Shown piece after piece: positions 63,205 to 64,000 of a stretch of 64,000 bases of DNA (its first letter is position 1; every line of letters begins with the position of its first letter). The notes below the pieces were generated by a model. The model had not been told where the DNA came from. It saw nothing but the letters and a program-made list of their open reading frames with translations, and made no database searches. Source of the stretch: Bdellovibrionota bacterium. Its GTDB lineage: Bacteria; Bdellovibrionota_C; UBA2361; OMII01. The position numbers were made by a program, and so were the translations under genes. The stretch lies in NCBI GenBank assembly GCA_044337105.1, contig JBIIOE010000001.1:16309-80308 (forward strand), in the 5' to 3' direction.

Positions 63205-64000
63205 ATGGATACTTCCACTTTCCTTAAGCGCGCACTGGTGTTTCAGTCGGAAATCAAGCGCGGCTCGTTTCCGAACGCTTCGACGTTAGCGGACCTGTGT
63301 GGATGTTCGCGCAGCACCGCGATGCGGACCATCGATCGATTACGCTACGAGTTCGGCGTTCCGATCGATTACGACGAGTCAAAGCGCGGATACTACCTCA
63401 CGAACAAAGACTTTTCGTTCTCCACGTTACCTCCGGGCCGTGACGAGCTCGTGGCGCTCGTATTGATGAGCGAGTTAGCCGGGATAATAGACGACTCGAA
63501 TTTACACACCGCAATAGACTCGCTATGGAGGCACATCACCACCGGCCGCTCCGACGTCACCTTCGACCTTCAACCTCTACGGGAGCGGTTTTCGTCCGAT
63601 ACCACCTCGATCGCCAAGTTGGCAGATATCGACCTGCTGTACCTCCTTTCGCTCTGCCATACAGGGCAGGGGGTGTCGGTACAATATCGCTCTCCCTGGC
63701 GCCACAACGAGGATCGCACATACGCCGGGTCCTTTGAGCGCGTACATTACTCGGATGGCATCCTCTATGGACGCTTCAATGAGTCTACGGGACGCTCGCT
63801 CGTGCTGAACGTCTCTTTCATCAAGAGCATAGAGCCGGTGGACTCCCTTCCGGTGCCGGCCGAGCAGCCTGCGTCACTTGAATACCCCAAAGACCACTGG
63901 CTCGAAGGATTTGGAGTCTGGGCGGGAGCAAAACCGGAGACGATCGAGGTTACGATCTCTGCTCCAGCATCCCGGTACTATGCCGCGCAGGTTTGGCATA
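63205..64000 (+). CDS. HTH-WYL domain transcriptional regulator, 3'-truncated by the window edge
   Basis: I translated this myself; it is not in the ORF track because no stop lies in the window. MDTSTFLKRALVFQSEIKRGSFPNASTLADLCGCSRSTAMRTIDRLRYEFGVPIDYD is the HTH. VSVQYRSPW....RTYAGSFERVHYSDGILYGRFNESTGRSLVLNVSFIKSIE is a WYL-like beta domain. The frame is open to nt 64000. Confidence 0.75.
   Translation, partial: MDTSTFLKRALVFQSEIKRGSFPNASTLADLCGCSRSTAMRTIDRLRYEFGVPIDYDESKRGYYLTNKDFSFSTLPPGRDELVALVLMSELAGIIDDSNLHTAIDSLWRHITTGRSDVTFDLQPLRERFSSDTTSIAKLADIDLLYLLSLCHTGQGVSVQYRSPWRHNEDRTYAGSFERVHYSDGILYGRFNESTGRSLVLNVSFIKSIEPVDSLPVPAEQPASLEYPKDHWLEGFGVWAGAKPETIEVTISAPASRYYAAQVWH

Overview
GC-rich bacterial chromosomal segment with Gram-negative-type envelope genes (Mla/MCE ABC system, BamE-like and other lipoproteins). 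I call about 63 protein-coding genes. I saw no rRNA, tRNA or CRISPR array by eye. All calls rest on reading the six-frame ORFs and recalling family motifs; no database search was run.

Housekeeping content:
- htpG, prfC and a GH13 glycogen branching enzyme
- a PiT phosphate transporter with its DUF47 partner
- tcdA, a tatD-family gene and a sufE/csdE-like gene
- an acyl-CoA dehydrogenase with an alpha/beta hydrolase
- an Fe(III)/polyamine-type ABC importer whose permease is fused to its binding protein
- an MlaFED/PqiC-like cluster
- a sulfatase, a KAS III enzyme and a SAM methyltransferase

Nucleic-acid enzymes:
- two SNF2 helicases; one is cut by the left edge, the other has HARP-like N-terminal modules
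- an SF1 Upf1/DNA2-like helicase fused to a PLD-like domain with a degenerate HKD motif
- RadC
- an HTH-WYL regulator cut by the right edge

Most unusual signal: intergenic DNA is densely populated by nested palindromic elements.
1. A MITE-like family with GGGAAGCG..GGCAAAACC terminal inverted repeats flanked by TA (often CTAG). There are about 15 termini in 64 kb.
2. A roughly 40-nt hairpin module found in three states: absent at 42.6 kb, a bare 71-nt hairpin at 34.8 kb, and a hairpin enclosing a four-helix-bundle (23S-rRNA-IVS-protein/Avd-like) ORF at 25.7-26.2 kb.
3. A CTTCGTGGAATCGAGTGGG module.

Other points:
- A riboflavin-synthase C-terminal remnant abuts the stop codon of an orphan 595-aa gene. 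It marks a rearrangement junction at the edge of a 40.3-45.2 kb accessory stretch of orphan genes.
- A PPP-type phosphatase is split by a frameshift.
- There are several paralogous families of unknown function.
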